NCBI GenBank assembly: GCA_963795815.1
Contig: CAWCJD010000014.1
Span: 118,122-182,121 of the forward strand
Origin: an uncultured Armatimonadetes bacterium
GTDB lineage: Bacteria > Armatimonadota > Armatimonadia > Armatimonadales > Capsulimonadaceae
Direction of reading: 5' to 3'
Length of the DNA: 64,000 bases
Shown here one piece after another: positions 9,149 to 19,627 of this stretch. The position numbers and the translations under genes were made by a program. Within the stretch, counting starts at the first letter, position 1, and every line of letters starts with the position of its first letter. The notes beneath the pieces were generated by a model. That model saw nothing but the letters and a program-made list of their open reading frames with translations, had not been told where the DNA came from and did no database searches.

Positions 9149-10480
9149 ATGGCAAAGCAAATTATTATCGTCGGGGGCGGCTTCGGCGGGCTGAAAGTGG
9201 CGCAGACGCTGGAAAAGGCGGCGGGGATCGGGCGGGATTTTGAGGTCACGCTGGTCAGCCGCGATAACTTCCTGCTGTTCACGCCGTTTCTGACCGAAGC
9301 GATGGGCGGCAACCTGGACGAAGCGGACGTGATCAGCCCGATCCGGGCATTTTTGCGCAAAGCGCGGTTCGTGATGGGCGAAGTGACCAATATTGATATG
9401 CACGCGCGGACGGTGACTTATCGCCGCCCGCTTTCAGACGATGAGGAGACTTTGCAGGCGGACCATCTGGTGCTGTCGCTGGGCAGCACGTCCTCGTTCC
9501 ACGGGGCCGAGCCGATGGAAAAGCTGGCGTTCACGCTGAAGTCGCTGGAAGATGCGACCCTGCTGCGCAACCACCTGATCGCCCTGCTGGAGCAGGCAAA
9601 CCTGGAAACCGACGGCCAGGCGCGGGAAGGGTACCTCACCGTAGTCGTTGTCGGGGCAGGATATACCGGAGTCGAAGGGGCGGGCGCGATCCGGGACCTG
9701 ATGCGCGAAGCCGCCCGCGAGTATCCGCAAGTGCGTCCCGATGAGATCCGGGTGCTGCTGGTGGACATGCTGGAACAGATCCTGCCGACGATTGCCCCCT
9801 CGCTGGCCCAGTATGCGACCGGGCAGCTCCAAAAGCGCGGCATTGAGATGCGCCTGGGCCAGACGATTACTGAAGCCGATGATGCGTCGATTACGCTCAG
9901 CAAAGGCGAAAAAGTTCTGACGCGGACGATCCTCTGGTCGGCGGGTGTGATGCCCAGCCCGCTGACGCGCCTGCTGGACTGCGAGAAGGACAAAAAAGGG
10001 GCGATCATGGTAGACCCATCCATGCGTGTCCCCCAATGCGAGAATGTCTGGGCGATGGGCGACTGCGCCCACATCCCCAATCTTCTCGAAGAGGGCAGGC
10101 CCTACACGGGCACGGCGCAAAATGCAGAACGGGAAGCCAAAAAGCTGGCGCACAATATCCTCGCCGTCCTGGCGGGCCGGGAGCCGGAGCCGTTCCTGTT
10201 CCGCAGCCTGGGCGAGTTTGTCAACCTCGGGCACCGGGTCGCGGTCGCGCAGATCAAATTCTTTAAGTTCAGCGGCGTGCTGGCCTGGATGATGTGGCGG
10301 GCCACGTACTTGCTTAAAATCCCGCATTGGAGCCGCAAAGCGCGCGTGCTGTCGGGCTGGACACTGGACATGCTGTTTGGGCGCTCGGCCCTGGAAACCG
10401 AAACCCCGCGCCTGCGCCGGGACCGCTACGAAGCCCGGCACGCCGAGGGCGAGGTGACATTAGGTAAACCCGGCAAATAG
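9149..10480 (+). CDS. ndh: type II NADH:quinone oxidoreductase (NAD(P)/FAD-dependent oxidoreductase)
   Basis: Two dinucleotide-binding motifs (IIIVGGGFGGLK and VVVVGAGYTGVE) and WAMGDCAH near the C-terminal third. Confidence 0.8.
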   Translation: MAKQIIIVGGGFGGLKVAQTLEKAAGIGRDFEVTLVSRDNFLLFTPFLTEAMGGNLDEADVISPIRAFLRKARFVMGEVTNIDMHARTVTYRRPLSDDEETLQADHLVLSLGSTSSFHGAEPMEKLAFTLKSLEDATLLRNHLIALLEQANLETDGQAREGYLTVVVVGAGYTGVEGAGAIRDLMREAAREYPQVRPDEIRVLLVDMLEQILPTIAPSLAQYATGQLQKRGIEMRLGQTITEADDASITLSKGEKVLTRTILWSAGVMPSPLTRLLDCEKDKKGAIMVDPSMRVPQCENVWAMGDCAHIPNLLEEGRPYTGTAQNAEREAKKLAHNILAVLAGREPEPFLFRSLGEFVNLGHRVAVAQIKFFKFSGVLAWMMWRATYLLKIPHWSRKARVLSGWTLDMLFGRSALETETPRLRRDRYEARHAEGEVTLGKPGK

Positions 10481-10547
10481 GCAATCTTCTCCATTAAGAT
10501 GCAACAAAACGGCGCAGGGCGTGTCATATCTGGCAAGGAGACACGTC

Positions 10548-12083
10548 ATGCGCCGTTTGTATATATATCTGTTTGGGCTGCTCGCCGGGCCGTGCTTTCT
10601 TGCGGGCCGCGCCGAAGCCGAGCCGACGCCGACCAACAGCGCCGTCTACGCCGAGGCGCTGTCCAATCTTAAACACGAGCACGACTTCGCGCGGACAGTC
10701 CAGCAATTGCAATATCTGGTGGCGCGGGACAGCGCAAGCAGAGACTACCACCTTGCCCTGGGCTGCGCCCAAGCCGACCGCGCCGTGTCGCTGGGATACG
10801 CGGCCCTGTGGACAAAGATGCTGGCCGATGACCTGGCCCAGTATCCGCAGTCGGTCCGGGACTGGCAGGAGCCGCGCAGCGCGACCCTAAAAGCGACACC
10901 TACGGCGACCCGCGCCCCGCACTGCCGCCCACCCGCATATTTGTCACCAAAGACGACTCGCAGCCGTTCCTGATGCCGATCCCGCAGGCAGTAGCGCAAA
11001 TTAACAGCCTTGTGCGGGATGCACAAATGGAATGGAAACGGGCAATCGCATTTTCCCCTACCCTGGACAGCCGCGCCGAAGCCGAATATGTGCAGGGCTG
11101 GGGCTTATCCATGCTGCGTCTGCTGGCAAGCAGACGATCTGAGCGGCAACGATAAAGTAGTGCCGACATCTCGCCCTAATGCCTGCGGACAAAGATGTTG
11201 TGTCGGCCTTTGTCGCCGCCACCAAAGACGCGCCGACCCATGCGGCCTACTGGCAGTCGCTGGGCGATGCGCAATATGCCGTCACCAAAAACGAGGAGCA
11301 TGTCAGCCGCCCGGATGCGCTCCTCAGCTACCAAAAAGCCTCGCCCTGCAGCCGAAGAACGCCGTGCTCTGGTATCGTGTGTACACCATAGCCTCTTCCA
11401 ACAACATCAAAGATCTTAAGTTTGACCCGCAAAGCGCCCAGTCCGCGCTCAAGCACATGATCGACAGTGACCCAGACAATGCCTTCCCGCATTACCTCTT
11501 GGCCGGGCTATTATTCGGCAGGCGCACTACAGCGACCCACACGATAAGTCAGAAAAAGCCGACCAAGACAAGTCACTGACGGCGGACTATGACGCCGGAG
11601 CAGCAAGACGCGGCGAATGCCGCGCTGGCACAGATTGAGCAGGGTAACACATGCACACGCAACGAGAAATTGAAGTACCTGCCGCCATATCCGGCCTTGC
11701 TGACCGGCTTCGGCGTCTGGGGCAACTTGCTACACATGTACGGCACAGACTTTATGACAATGCCAAACTGCGCGAACTGGCACGGGCCTGCGGGGGATAC
11801 GCCCGTATTGCCGCCGCGCATGGCGACGGCATGGGCATGCAGCGCGGCGCACAGGCGTGTATCGGCATGGGGATGAAGATGGCGGGGGAATGGCCTACCA
11901 AAGATAAAAACCCGGCGATGACAGCCTGATTGTCGTAATGGTAGGCAAGCGATAGCCGCTATTGGCTACAGCGACTTGGTAAAGGGCGAAAGCAGATCGG
12001 TGACGTGCCGGGAGCAGCAAGAAGCGCAGGCCGAGTACGATGCCCTTACAAGCAGCACAAGGCGCATGGCATGGCAGTTGTGA
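10548..12083 (+). pseudogene. secreted hypothetical protein (TPR-like helical), heavily frameshifted as assembled
   Basis: AAGGAG sits 7 nt upstream of the ATG at 10548, and a signal peptide is present (MRRLYIYLFGLLAGPCFLAGRAEA). Coding-looking segments continue through ORFs 10521, 10973, 11179, 11010, 11589 and 11651 and a last stretch to about 12083, in alternating frames (at least 5 shifts). Confidence 0.45.
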
Positions 12084-12118
12084 AGCCAAGTCTCGCTGCC
12101 GATAAGCACGTATGACTA

Positions 12119-12367
12119 CTACTGAGGCTTCGGCAGGGTCTGCATGGCCTGTGTCAACGCATCCAGGCTGACACCCTCGGCACTGGACTGCGCCGCCGCC
12201 TGGTTTTCCTGCTGGATCTGCAGGTAGACTTCCTTGCGATGCACGGACACATCCCGCGGAGCCGAAACGCCCAGGCGCACCTGGTCGCCGCGCACTTCTA
12301 TGACGGTGATTTCAATATCATCGCCGATCTTGATACTTTGGTTGAGACGACGTGTGAGAACCAGCAT
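12119..12367 (-). CDS. csrA: carbon storage regulator CsrA
   Basis: [48 protein letters not shown] is a near-consensus CsrA sequence. The ATG at 12365-12367 follows GGGAGGG. It lies downstream of fliW. Confidence 0.95.
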   Translation of the reverse strand: MLVLTRRLNQSIKIGDDIEITVIEVRGDQVRLGVSAPRDVSVHRKEVYLQIQQENQAAAQSSAEGVSLDALTQAMQTLPKPQ

Positions 12368-12477
12368 GTGATTGCCCTCCCTGGCACGGATTGCTGATAG
12401 TAGATACGAAAGAAATACCCACAATTGTCCCCGGATTGAGTTACATCTCGGTTACAAGGACAACGGCAGTTGAGAAG

Positions 12478-12921
12478 TCAATTGGGCAGAAGACGGTGGC
12501 GCACCCCATATTCATCACTGGAAAGGATAATTTGTTTTGCGAGGCGAGTTAGGGGATTGACAAGCACCGGGGCGAGCAGGTTGGCCGTGATGCCGCAGGG
12601 GTCGCCCTTGGGCACCGTGAGCAGGGACAACAGTTGACCACTCTCGCAGCAGTCTAGGTCAAGGGCCTGCAGCTCGGATGACCCCAGTGTCGGCTTGTAG
12701 TGCGCGAAGACCCGGCGCGGGTCCATGGCCAGGAATGCCAGCGAGCCATCCTCGATCGACTGCAGCCACTCAAACGGCCCGGCGGCTTCGCCTGCGGGCA
12801 CCGGATGGGGCACAAGCGTAAACCGGCGGCATCCTTCAAACCCGGGCAAGCCGTCGGGGAATGTCAGAACGCGGCTTTCTTCAATCGACAGTGCGCCGAA
12901 GCGGCTTGTTTCAATATGCAT
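12478..12921 (-). CDS. fliW: flagellar assembly factor FliW
   Basis: MHIETSRFGALSIEESRVLTFPDGLPGFE… and …ANLLAPVLVNP… are typical of FliW. Context is flgL-fliW-csrA. Confidence 0.9.
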   Translation of the reverse strand: MHIETSRFGALSIEESRVLTFPDGLPGFEGCRRFTLVPHPVPAGEAAGPFEWLQSIEDGSLAFLAMDPRRVFAHYKPTLGSSELQALDLDCCESGQLLSLLTVPKGDPCGITANLLAPVLVNPLTRLAKQIILSSDEYGVRHRLLPN

Positions 12922-12968
12922 CTGTTTTTCCTTGCCCGGAGACGAGAACGCTCTGGGCATTGTTATTT

Positions 12969-13856
12969 TTAGAGATAACTCGCCAGCGAGTACTGGAACG
13001 CCTTGCTTGTGGTCACCAGGGAGGCCTGATAGACATTGGTCGCGCTTTGCAATTGGACATAAGCTTGGGCAAGGTCCACGTCTTCGATGTTGCTGTCCGC
13101 AGACTGGTACTCGCCCTGCGCCCGGGTCAGGTTCTGCTTGAGCAGGTTGACATTATGAAGGTTTGCGCCGACTCCGGCCCGCACGGCGCTGACGGCTGTG
13201 ACCTGGGCATCCACAGCTCCGATGCCGGAAGCAATCCCGGCCTGGTTCCCGGAGGCCAAATTGTTCTGCAGGTCCTGCAGGGCTTTGAATGCGCCTGCAA
13301 ACGCCTGATCGCCGGGCGTGCTCAGGTTCATGATATTGCCTTTGCCTAAGATGGCATTGACCGCGCCGCTGTTGCCTACATAGGTCGGTGTGGGGTCCGC
13401 CGCGCCTGCTGCCGGGGCCTTGAACGGCTGAGTCTGAGTCAATGTCCCCCCAAACAGGTACTTGCCATGGATGTCTGCATTGGCATCCTGGGTGAGCTGA
13501 CGGATCAGGCCGGTGACCTGCGCGCCCAGCCCCTGCATGGTGACCGCCGACTGCGTGCCGTTTGCGGCTTGGACGGCGATTGTGCGCGCCTGCTGCAGGA
13601 CATTGGTCGCATCCCCCAAAGCGCCGTCACTGGCGGTCAGGAACGATTGGGCCGAATCCGCATTAGACTGATACTGAGTCGCATCCACCATCGCGGCTCG
13701 CAGTGCCAGCGCCTGCGATGCCCCTGTCGGGTCATCTGAGACCGTGTTGACCCGCTTGCCGGTCGCGATCTGGTTTTGCACATTGTTCAGGTTGCTCAGC
13801 CCTGATTCGATATTGCGTTTGAGATTACTTACTCTCAGACTGTCGGTAACACGCAT
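12969..13856 (-). CDS. flgL: flagellar hook-associated protein 3 (FlgL)
   Basis: Flagellin-type N-terminus (MRVTDSLRVSNLKRNIESGLSNLNNVQNQIATGKR) and C-terminus (…LQSATNVYQASLVTTSKAFQYSLASYL). About 295 aa, positioned after flgK. Confidence 0.9.
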   Translation of the reverse strand: MRVTDSLRVSNLKRNIESGLSNLNNVQNQIATGKRVNTVSDDPTGASQALALRAAMVDATQYQSNADSAQSFLTASDGALGDATNVLQQARTIAVQAANGTQSAVTMQGLGAQVTGLIRQLTQDANADIHGKYLFGGTLTQTQPFKAPAAGAADPTPTYVGNSGAVNAILGKGNIMNLSTPGDQAFAGAFKALQDLQNNLASGNQAGIASGIGAVDAQVTAVSAVRAGVGANLHNVNLLKQNLTRAQGEYQSADSNIEDVDLAQAYVQLQSATNVYQASLVTTSKAFQYSLASYL

Positions 13857-13903
13857 TGTTCCCTCTCTTCTTTATTCCATGGTTTCAGGCATTCTGGGAG
13901 TGA

Positions 13904-15284
13904 TTAACGGCCACCCAGGTCACTGATCAGCGAATTGACCATGTCGTCCATGGTCTTGATCACTTTGGCGGACGCTTCATACGAGCGCTGGTATTTGAGC
14001 ATGTTGACCATCTCTGTGTCGGTGGAAACACCCGACACGCTGGCGCGCTGCTGCTGAAGCTGGTTGACATTGGCATCGGCGCTGTCTGTGGCGGTGGACG
14101 CAGCGGCGCTTTCGCCTCCCAGACCCGAAACGCTTCTCTGGTAATACGATTGCAGTGTCTGCCCATTGGTCATGGTCGCGTTTTGCACTGCGGCGATCTG
14201 GGCGGCGACTGTGCTGTCGCCGGGCGGGGGCGGACCGCCACCGGGCGGCACCGCCGCGGCGGCTAGTTTGCGCGGGGTTGCTGCCGAGCTGTGGGGTTGA
14301 CTGTGAGCGTGTCGGCTTCATTGCCGGGCGTAAACTGAAAGAGGTCTAGGCCGGTCGAGCCATCCAGCCCGCCCCGGTGCGGTGGACAGCATTGACCTGG
14401 GTCGCGAGGGAAGATGCCAATGTGTTCAGGTCGATTGGTAGCCGGCAATGCTGGTCTGCGCTTTGACAGTCCCCCCAGTTCGCCGCCGGACAGGTCGCCG
14501 CGAGCAGTCAGGCTGTTGGGGCCGGTGACGGAAAGGGTTGACGCGCTGACCCTTCCACAAGGCTGCTGGTCCCAACAGACACGTTGGCGGTGCCGTCGGC
14601 ATGGGTGGTGACGTTAACATTGGCGATTTGAGCTACTTTATCAATAAGACAGTCGCGCCTGTCCAGCAGATCATTGGGCGGCTCGCCATGCACCAGCGAC
14701 TGCCGTATCGTGATATTGAGCGCAGCGATCTGCTTGCCATACCCGTTCAGCGTGTCAATATCGGAGGAGATCGTGTCGCCAACCTGCTTGCTGACACCGG
14801 TCAGCCGGTCCTGCAGCGTGTGGAACTGCCCGGCAAGCGAGCTTGCTCCGGCGATCACCGTCGCGCGGACACCGGCATCTTCAGGGTTGCTGACCAGGTT
14901 GGTAAAGTTCTGGAAGAACGTGCCCAGGGCATTGTTCAGCCCGTGGTCGGACGGCTCGCCGTAAGCGCCTTCTACCTGCTTGAGGCTGCTGGAAAGCGCC
15001 GCCTGAGATGATTGATCGGACAGGCCATTGCGCACCTGCGTGTCCAGGTACTGGTCGCGGGCGCGGAGCACGGTCCGCGAAATAACGCCGGCTCCAATGG
15101 CCGCAGGCTCATTGCTGACACGGCTGCTGTTGGTCCACGAGTCAGCCGTCGTTTGGTTGACGGATTGCAGCGAATAACCTTCCGTGCCCGCATTGGCGAT
15201 ATTGTGGCCTGTGATATCCTGGCCGATCTGCGCGGCTTGCAGCCCGCTCAGCCCGATACTAATTCCAAAAAATGTTCCCGGCAT
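13904..15284 (-). pseudogene. flgK: flagellar hook-associated protein 1 (FlgK), frame interrupted
   Basis: The N-terminal ORF 14508..15284 (MPGTFFGISIGLSGLQAAQIGQDITGHNIANAGTEGYS) and the C-terminal ORF 13904..14251 (…EMVNMLKYQRSYEASAKVIKTMDDMVNSLI) are in different frames. ORF 14263..14448 bridges them in a third. The total span of about 460 codons fits an intact FlgK. Confidence 0.85.
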
Positions 15285-15330
15285 GGTGTCCTTTGCTTTC
15301 TTCTCTCAGCAAGCGATCAGGCGCGCTGAT

Positions 15331-15794
15331 CTAATCCCAGGCGTCCGCCAGCATGGTCCCGCCGCCGTAACTTTGTCCCGCCGCGCGGCCTGCTTCCACA
15401 AACAAGTCCAGCGAAAAGGCGATGTAATTGAGCTCGTTGGTGATCAGCATTTCGTTGCGCTGCATCAAAGTCCGGCTGCGCTGGACTGTTGCGGCCAGCT
15501 TGTCCCGCAGGCCGGAGAGCGCGCGGTGGGCGCGGCTGCTTTCTTCTATCTCTTCCAGGCACTGAGTGACTGTGACTGTTTCGCCACTGTCATCGGCATC
15601 AGGACGAGGCGAAGGGCTGTCTCCTGCGCTTCCAATTGCGCCAGCAGGTCGGCATGCTCGGGTTCCAGTCGGCAAAGCGGGGCCGGTCACAAGCGAGCAG
15701 TGCGCGCTGCTGCGCTTCCAAAACCTGGCAGATGACGGGTCCGCAGCGCTTGTTCCTGCTTCAAAAGGGCGATCAATGTCTGAGGGTCGGGCAT
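15331..15794 (-). pseudogene. flgN: FlgN-like flagellar chaperone, frame interrupted
   Basis: The ATG at 15792-15794 follows GGAG (MPDPQTLIALLKQEQAL…). The C-terminal ORF 15331..15690 reads …ALSGLRDKLAATVQRSRTLMQRNEMLITNELNYIAFSLDLF…. It sits immediately upstream of flgK. At least 2 frame changes. Confidence 0.45.
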
Positions 15795-15805
15795 GAAAAT
15801 CTCCA

Positions 15806-16128
15806 TTAGCCGTGCGTGTCTATCCTAGCGGTCAGGTCGGGCGCAGCGACAGACTTGGACAACTGGTCATAAAGCATTTTCCCCAGGCCAAAATCGCCGC
15901 GCTTGGACATGTTGTCGGCCAGGGTCTGGTCCATCATGTCCCGAAACGTTTCTTCCTGGTGGGCGTCGTCTTTGGTTTCGGTGTCTTTGGGCACGGTCTT
16001 GCGCATTTCCACCAGTAACTGGTGCAGAAAGTAGCTTTCAAAGCCTTCTCGGTTGCCTTTTTCAGCTTTTCCTGCGCCGGGGTCAATCCGGCGGGCGCGG
16101 AGGGCGCACGTGTGGGTGTGATTGTCAT
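15806..16128 (-). pseudogene. flagellar rod-binding protein (FlgJ N-terminal domain-like), one frameshift
   Basis: Joined reading …EGFESYFLHQLLVEMRKTVPK…FRDMMDQTLADNMSKRGDFGLGKMLYDQL matches the Rod_binding domain pattern. ORFs 15934..16140 and 15806..16012 are in different frames. The ATG at 16126-16128 is 4 nt after the flgI stop. Confidence 0.5.
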
Positions 16129-16132
16129 CGGA

Positions 16133-17239
16133 TTACTCAATATCTATCTCCGCGTGCAGGGCGCCGGCATCTTTCATAGCTTGCAGGATCGCGATTAAAT
16201 CACGCGGGGTCACGCCCAGCGCATTGAGGGAGGCGACTACGCGGCTCAAAGTCGTGCTGCTCGGGATGGGAATGAGGCGCGCATTGCCTTCCTGCACTTT
16301 GAGTGCGTTGCGCGGCACGACCACGGTGCCCCCATTGCTGAACGGCGCGGGCTGCGAGATTATCGGGTTCGGCGCGATCTGCACAGTCAAGTTCCCATGG
16401 GCGACCGCGCAGGCGGTCACCGAGACGTCGCCGCCCATCACGACTGTCCCGGTCTTTTCATTGATGACGACCCGCGCCATTTCATCGGTTTCGATCGGGA
16501 CGCTTTCCAGGGCGGCTATCAAATCACCGGTTCCGTGCCCGGCGCAAAGCTGACCTGCACGGTCGCCGCATCCAGCGGCATGCGCTCCGGTCGCGCCCGG
16601 CCGGCAGATGTGCCCGCAAGGCATTCGCCACCCGGGCCGCCGTCGTAAAGTCCGGCGAATTCAGCGTCACCAGCAGCGAGTTATCGGACACGCCCGCAAG
16701 TGTCGTCGGCACATCCTGCTCCACCAATGCCCCGCCCGGGATACGGCCCGCCGTGACATGGTTCTTGCTGACCGCCCCTGCGCCCGCCGCCGATCAGAAA
16801 TCCGCCCACCGAGATCGCGCCCTGCGCGGCGGCATAGACCTGCCCATTGGCGGCCTGCAAAGGTGTCTGCAGCAGGGTGCCGCCCTGCAATGACTTGGCG
16901 TCGCCCAGGCTGCTGACTGTCACATCGACCGTGCTGCCGTTGCGCACATACGCGGGGAGGTTCGCGGTGACCATGACGGCAGCGACATTCTTGAGCTTTC
17001 AGCGCGCCCGGCGGCACTGTCACCCCAAACTTCTGCAGCAGCGAAGCCACCGACTGCGGGGTAAAGCTCGCCCCGGTCCCGTCGCCGGTGCCCTCCAGCC
17101 CGACCACCAGCCCGTAGCCGACCAGTTGGTTCCCTCGCACGCCCTGCACGACCGCAATATCTTTGAGCCGCGACTGCGCATGGCCGAGCGGCGCCAGGGC
17201 AAGGAGCAAACCAAATGTGGACAGCAGTGTTTTGTGCAT
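16133..17239 (-). pseudogene. flgI: flagellar P-ring protein FlgI, several frameshifts
   Basis: N-terminus with signal peptide and [30 protein letters not shown] (ORF 16667..17248). Middle part …[37 protein letters not shown] (16681..16974). C-terminus …LNALGVTPRDLIAILQAMKDAGALHAEIDIE (16133..16624). The 369-codon span fits FlgI. Confidence 0.9.
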
Positions 17240-17333
17240 AAAAATCATTCCCCGTACTATTATCGGGTTGTTGTGTGTTATTTCTCAGGGTCAATGCGGC
17301 GCAGACACAAACCATTTGCACCGGCATTTCCCC

Positions 17334-17409
17334 GGCGTCTTATCGGGATACCAAGCGCGTATCAACGGCGGACGGATTTCGTCCGCCGTTTGAATGCGCT
17401 TGACACGCC
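17334..17409. repeat. REP-like palindromic element, copy 2 of 5
   Basis: GGCGTCTTATCGGGATACCAAGCGCGTATCAACGGCGGACG-gattt-CGTCCGCCGTTTGAATGCGCTTGACACGCC, in the 196-nt gap between flgH and flgI. Confidence 0.8.
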
Positions 17410-17435
17410 CTCGCAACGCGCATACAACCCTCAAA

Positions 17436-18035
17436 CTAAAAGAGCACCTTGAAGATACGCGTGATAATGCCTTCGTGCTGCTTATCGCCGACCGGGCCTT
17501 TGCCGTCAAATTTGATCTGGGCATCGGCGACAAGTGCCGACTGGATGGTATTGCTGAAGCTGACATCCTGGGGGCGCACAACGCCGGTCAAGGTAATGTT
17601 TTGGGTTTCGGCATTGATCCCAACCGACCGATGTCCCTCGACTAGCAGGTTGCCGTTGGGCAGGACTTGCTTGACCACGACGGCGATCTGGGCGGTGAGG
17701 TTGTCGGTGCGGTTGGTGGCACCGGCGGCATTGTCATTGATGGAGCCGGAAACACCGAAGTTTTTGATGAAGCGCAGCAGGGGACCGAAGCCGGGGCCGT
17801 AGTTGAGGCCTTCGGTCTTGGATGTCTTGGTGTTGGCCTGAGACGAAGCATTGGCGTTCTCGTTGATGAGAATGGTGAGCGTGTCGCCGACGCGCCGGGC
17901 TTTTGTATCTGAGAACAAAGACGTAGCGGTCGCGCTGTTGGGGACTGACGTGCTGCTGCCGGGAAACAACGAATCGGCATGGGCGCAGATCGGCAGGAAT
18001 GTCAGCGAGAATGCAAGGGCAAGAAATGGTTTCAT
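17436..18035 (-). CDS. flgH: flagellar L-ring protein FlgH
   Basis: ORF trimmed to the ATG at 18033-18035 (MKPFLALAFSLTFLPICAHA…). Motifs: SLFSDTKARRVGDTLTILI, NLLVEGHRSV, ITLTGVVRPQDV. Confidence 0.9.
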   Translation of the reverse strand: MKPFLALAFSLTFLPICAHADSLFPGSSTSVPNSATATSLFSDTKARRVGDTLTILINENANASSQANTKTSKTEGLNYGPGFGPLLRFIKNFGVSGSINDNAAGATNRTDNLTAQIAVVVKQVLPNGNLLVEGHRSVGINAETQNITLTGVVRPQDVSFSNTIQSALVADAQIKFDGKGPVGDKQHEGIITRIFKVLF

Positions 18036-18039
18036 GAGG

Positions 18040-18657
18040 TTAGAGTTCCAATTGCACGGTCTGGGCATCGACAACAACGGCGCTGAAATCTGACGGTGCC
18101 CCATCGCGGTGGACATGGATGGTCTGCCCGACGGCGCCGGCATCGCGGGCCAGTCCCTTGGCGGTGATGGTCATGTCGCCCTGCTGCACGACGATGTTGA
18201 CGCTGTCGCTGCGGTGAATGACAACAACCGGCGCAGAGGGCGCAGTATCTGAGCCTCCTGCCGGACTTGCGGGACGAGGCAGAGCGGTGTACACACTGGA
18301 GGCGACTCCGGCGGAGGGCAGAAAAGGCGCGCTCCCGCTGCTGACGACAGATACCTGTTTGGCGCCTTCAAGGACAGCATCGCGCTCTGGGTAAAATCCC
18401 GCCTGACGCAGTTTCAGGCTGATATCGCCGGGAGTGAGCAGGCGCGTGTCCCCGGACAGCGGGACCCGTCCGACAGGCACAGAGGCCATGCGAATACGCT
18501 GAGCCTTGGTGCCGCCGGTCAGGTCGGCGATCTGGGCGAGAGTGAGGAAGCCGTCTGCGGATGTGCTGACACCGGCGCTGGCTTTGAGCGAAACATGGAC
18601 AGGCGCACACTGGGCCGGGAGGGCAGCAGCAAGCAGCAGCAAAAAGGCGTGTTTCAT
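18040..18657 (-). CDS. flgA: flagellar P-ring assembly chaperone FlgA
   Basis: Signal peptide, a SAF-like segment (LSGDTRLLTPGDISLKLRQAG) and a C-terminal part IHRSDSVNIVVQQGDMTITAKGLARDAGAVGQTIHV. Located between flgG and flgH. Confidence 0.8.
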   Translation of the reverse strand: MKHAFLLLLAAALPAQCAPVHVSLKASAGVSTSADGFLTLAQIADLTGGTKAQRIRMASVPVGRVPLSGDTRLLTPGDISLKLRQAGFYPERDAVLEGAKQVSVVSSGSAPFLPSAGVASSVYTALPRPASPAGGSDTAPSAPVVVIHRSDSVNIVVQQGDMTITAKGLARDAGAVGQTIHVHRDGAPSDFSAVVVDAQTVQLEL

Positions 18658-18720
18658 AAGGACCTTTCGCCCCCTTCTCGAATGAAAAAGGGGGCTGGGA
18701 TAAAGAACTGACAGAAACAA

Positions 18721-19509
18721 TTAACGCTTGAGCTGATTGGCGGTCGACAGCATCTCATCGGCAGTGGTGATCGCTTTTGAGTTAACCTCATAGGCGCGCT
18801 GAGCCGTGATCATGTTGACCATTTCCTGCACGATCTGCACGTTGGACATTTCCAGAATGCCGCCCGCCAGTGTGCCGAACCCGGCCTGTCCTGCGGTGCC
18901 GTCGGTGGGTGTGCCCGAGGCGGCGGTTTCGCGGAAGTTGTTGCCGCCGATATGCTCCAGGCCGGCATTGTTGGCAAAACGGGTCAGGGTAATTTTGCCG
19001 ACTGTTTCCGGGGCTTTGCCCGCGCCGCGGATCACCGAAACAGTGCCGTCCTTGCCGACCGAGATGGACGTAGAGTCGGCGGGCAGGGTAATTTCGGGCT
19101 GAATGGCATAGCCGTCGGAGTTGACGATCTTGCCCTGGCTGTCTTTCTTGAAGGCGCCGTCGCGGGTGTAGCCGCTCGAGCCATCGGGCAGCAGGACTTT
19201 ATAAAAGCCGTCGCCTTCGATGGCAACGTCCAGAGGGTTGCCCGTGTTCTGAAACGTGCCCTGCTCAAACATCGTCTCGGTCGCGGCGGGCTTGACACCC
19301 AGACCGACCTCGACACCGGTGGGGCTTTGTGCCCCATCGGCGACCTGGGTGCCTGCGGGACGCATCTCCTGATACAGCAGGTCCTGGAAGTCGGCGCGGC
19401 TGTGCTTGAAGCCTGCGGTGTTGACATTGGCGAGGTTGTTGGCGGTAACGTCCATGTTGAGCTGCTGAGCCATCATGCCGGTTGCCGCCGTGTAGAGTGC
19501 GCGCATCAT
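18721..19509 (-). CDS. flgG: flagellar distal rod protein FlgG
   Basis: [35 protein letters not shown] at the N-terminus and …[32 protein letters not shown] at the C-terminus. 262 aa. Confidence 0.95.
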   Translation of the reverse strand: MMRALYTAATGMMAQQLNMDVTANNLANVNTAGFKHSRADFQDLLYQEMRPAGTQVADGAQSPTGVEVGLGVKPAATETMFEQGTFQNTGNPLDVAIEGDGFYKVLLPDGSSGYTRDGAFKKDSQGKIVNSDGYAIQPEITLPADSTSISVGKDGTVSVIRGAGKAPETVGKITLTRFANNAGLEHIGGNNFRETAASGTPTDGTAGQAGFGTLAGGILEMSNVQIVQEMVNMITAQRAYEVNSKAITTADEMLSTANQLKR

Positions 19510-19627
19510 AATGCGAAAGTCTCCTTCGGTGTGGTGTGTCCGCCGTGCATTTCAAGCAAAGCGGGGAAAGCGGCTTCCGGCCAAAGCAGTGACGCTCGGG
19601 ACAGTCCAGCCGTGCGAGAGAAAGTGT

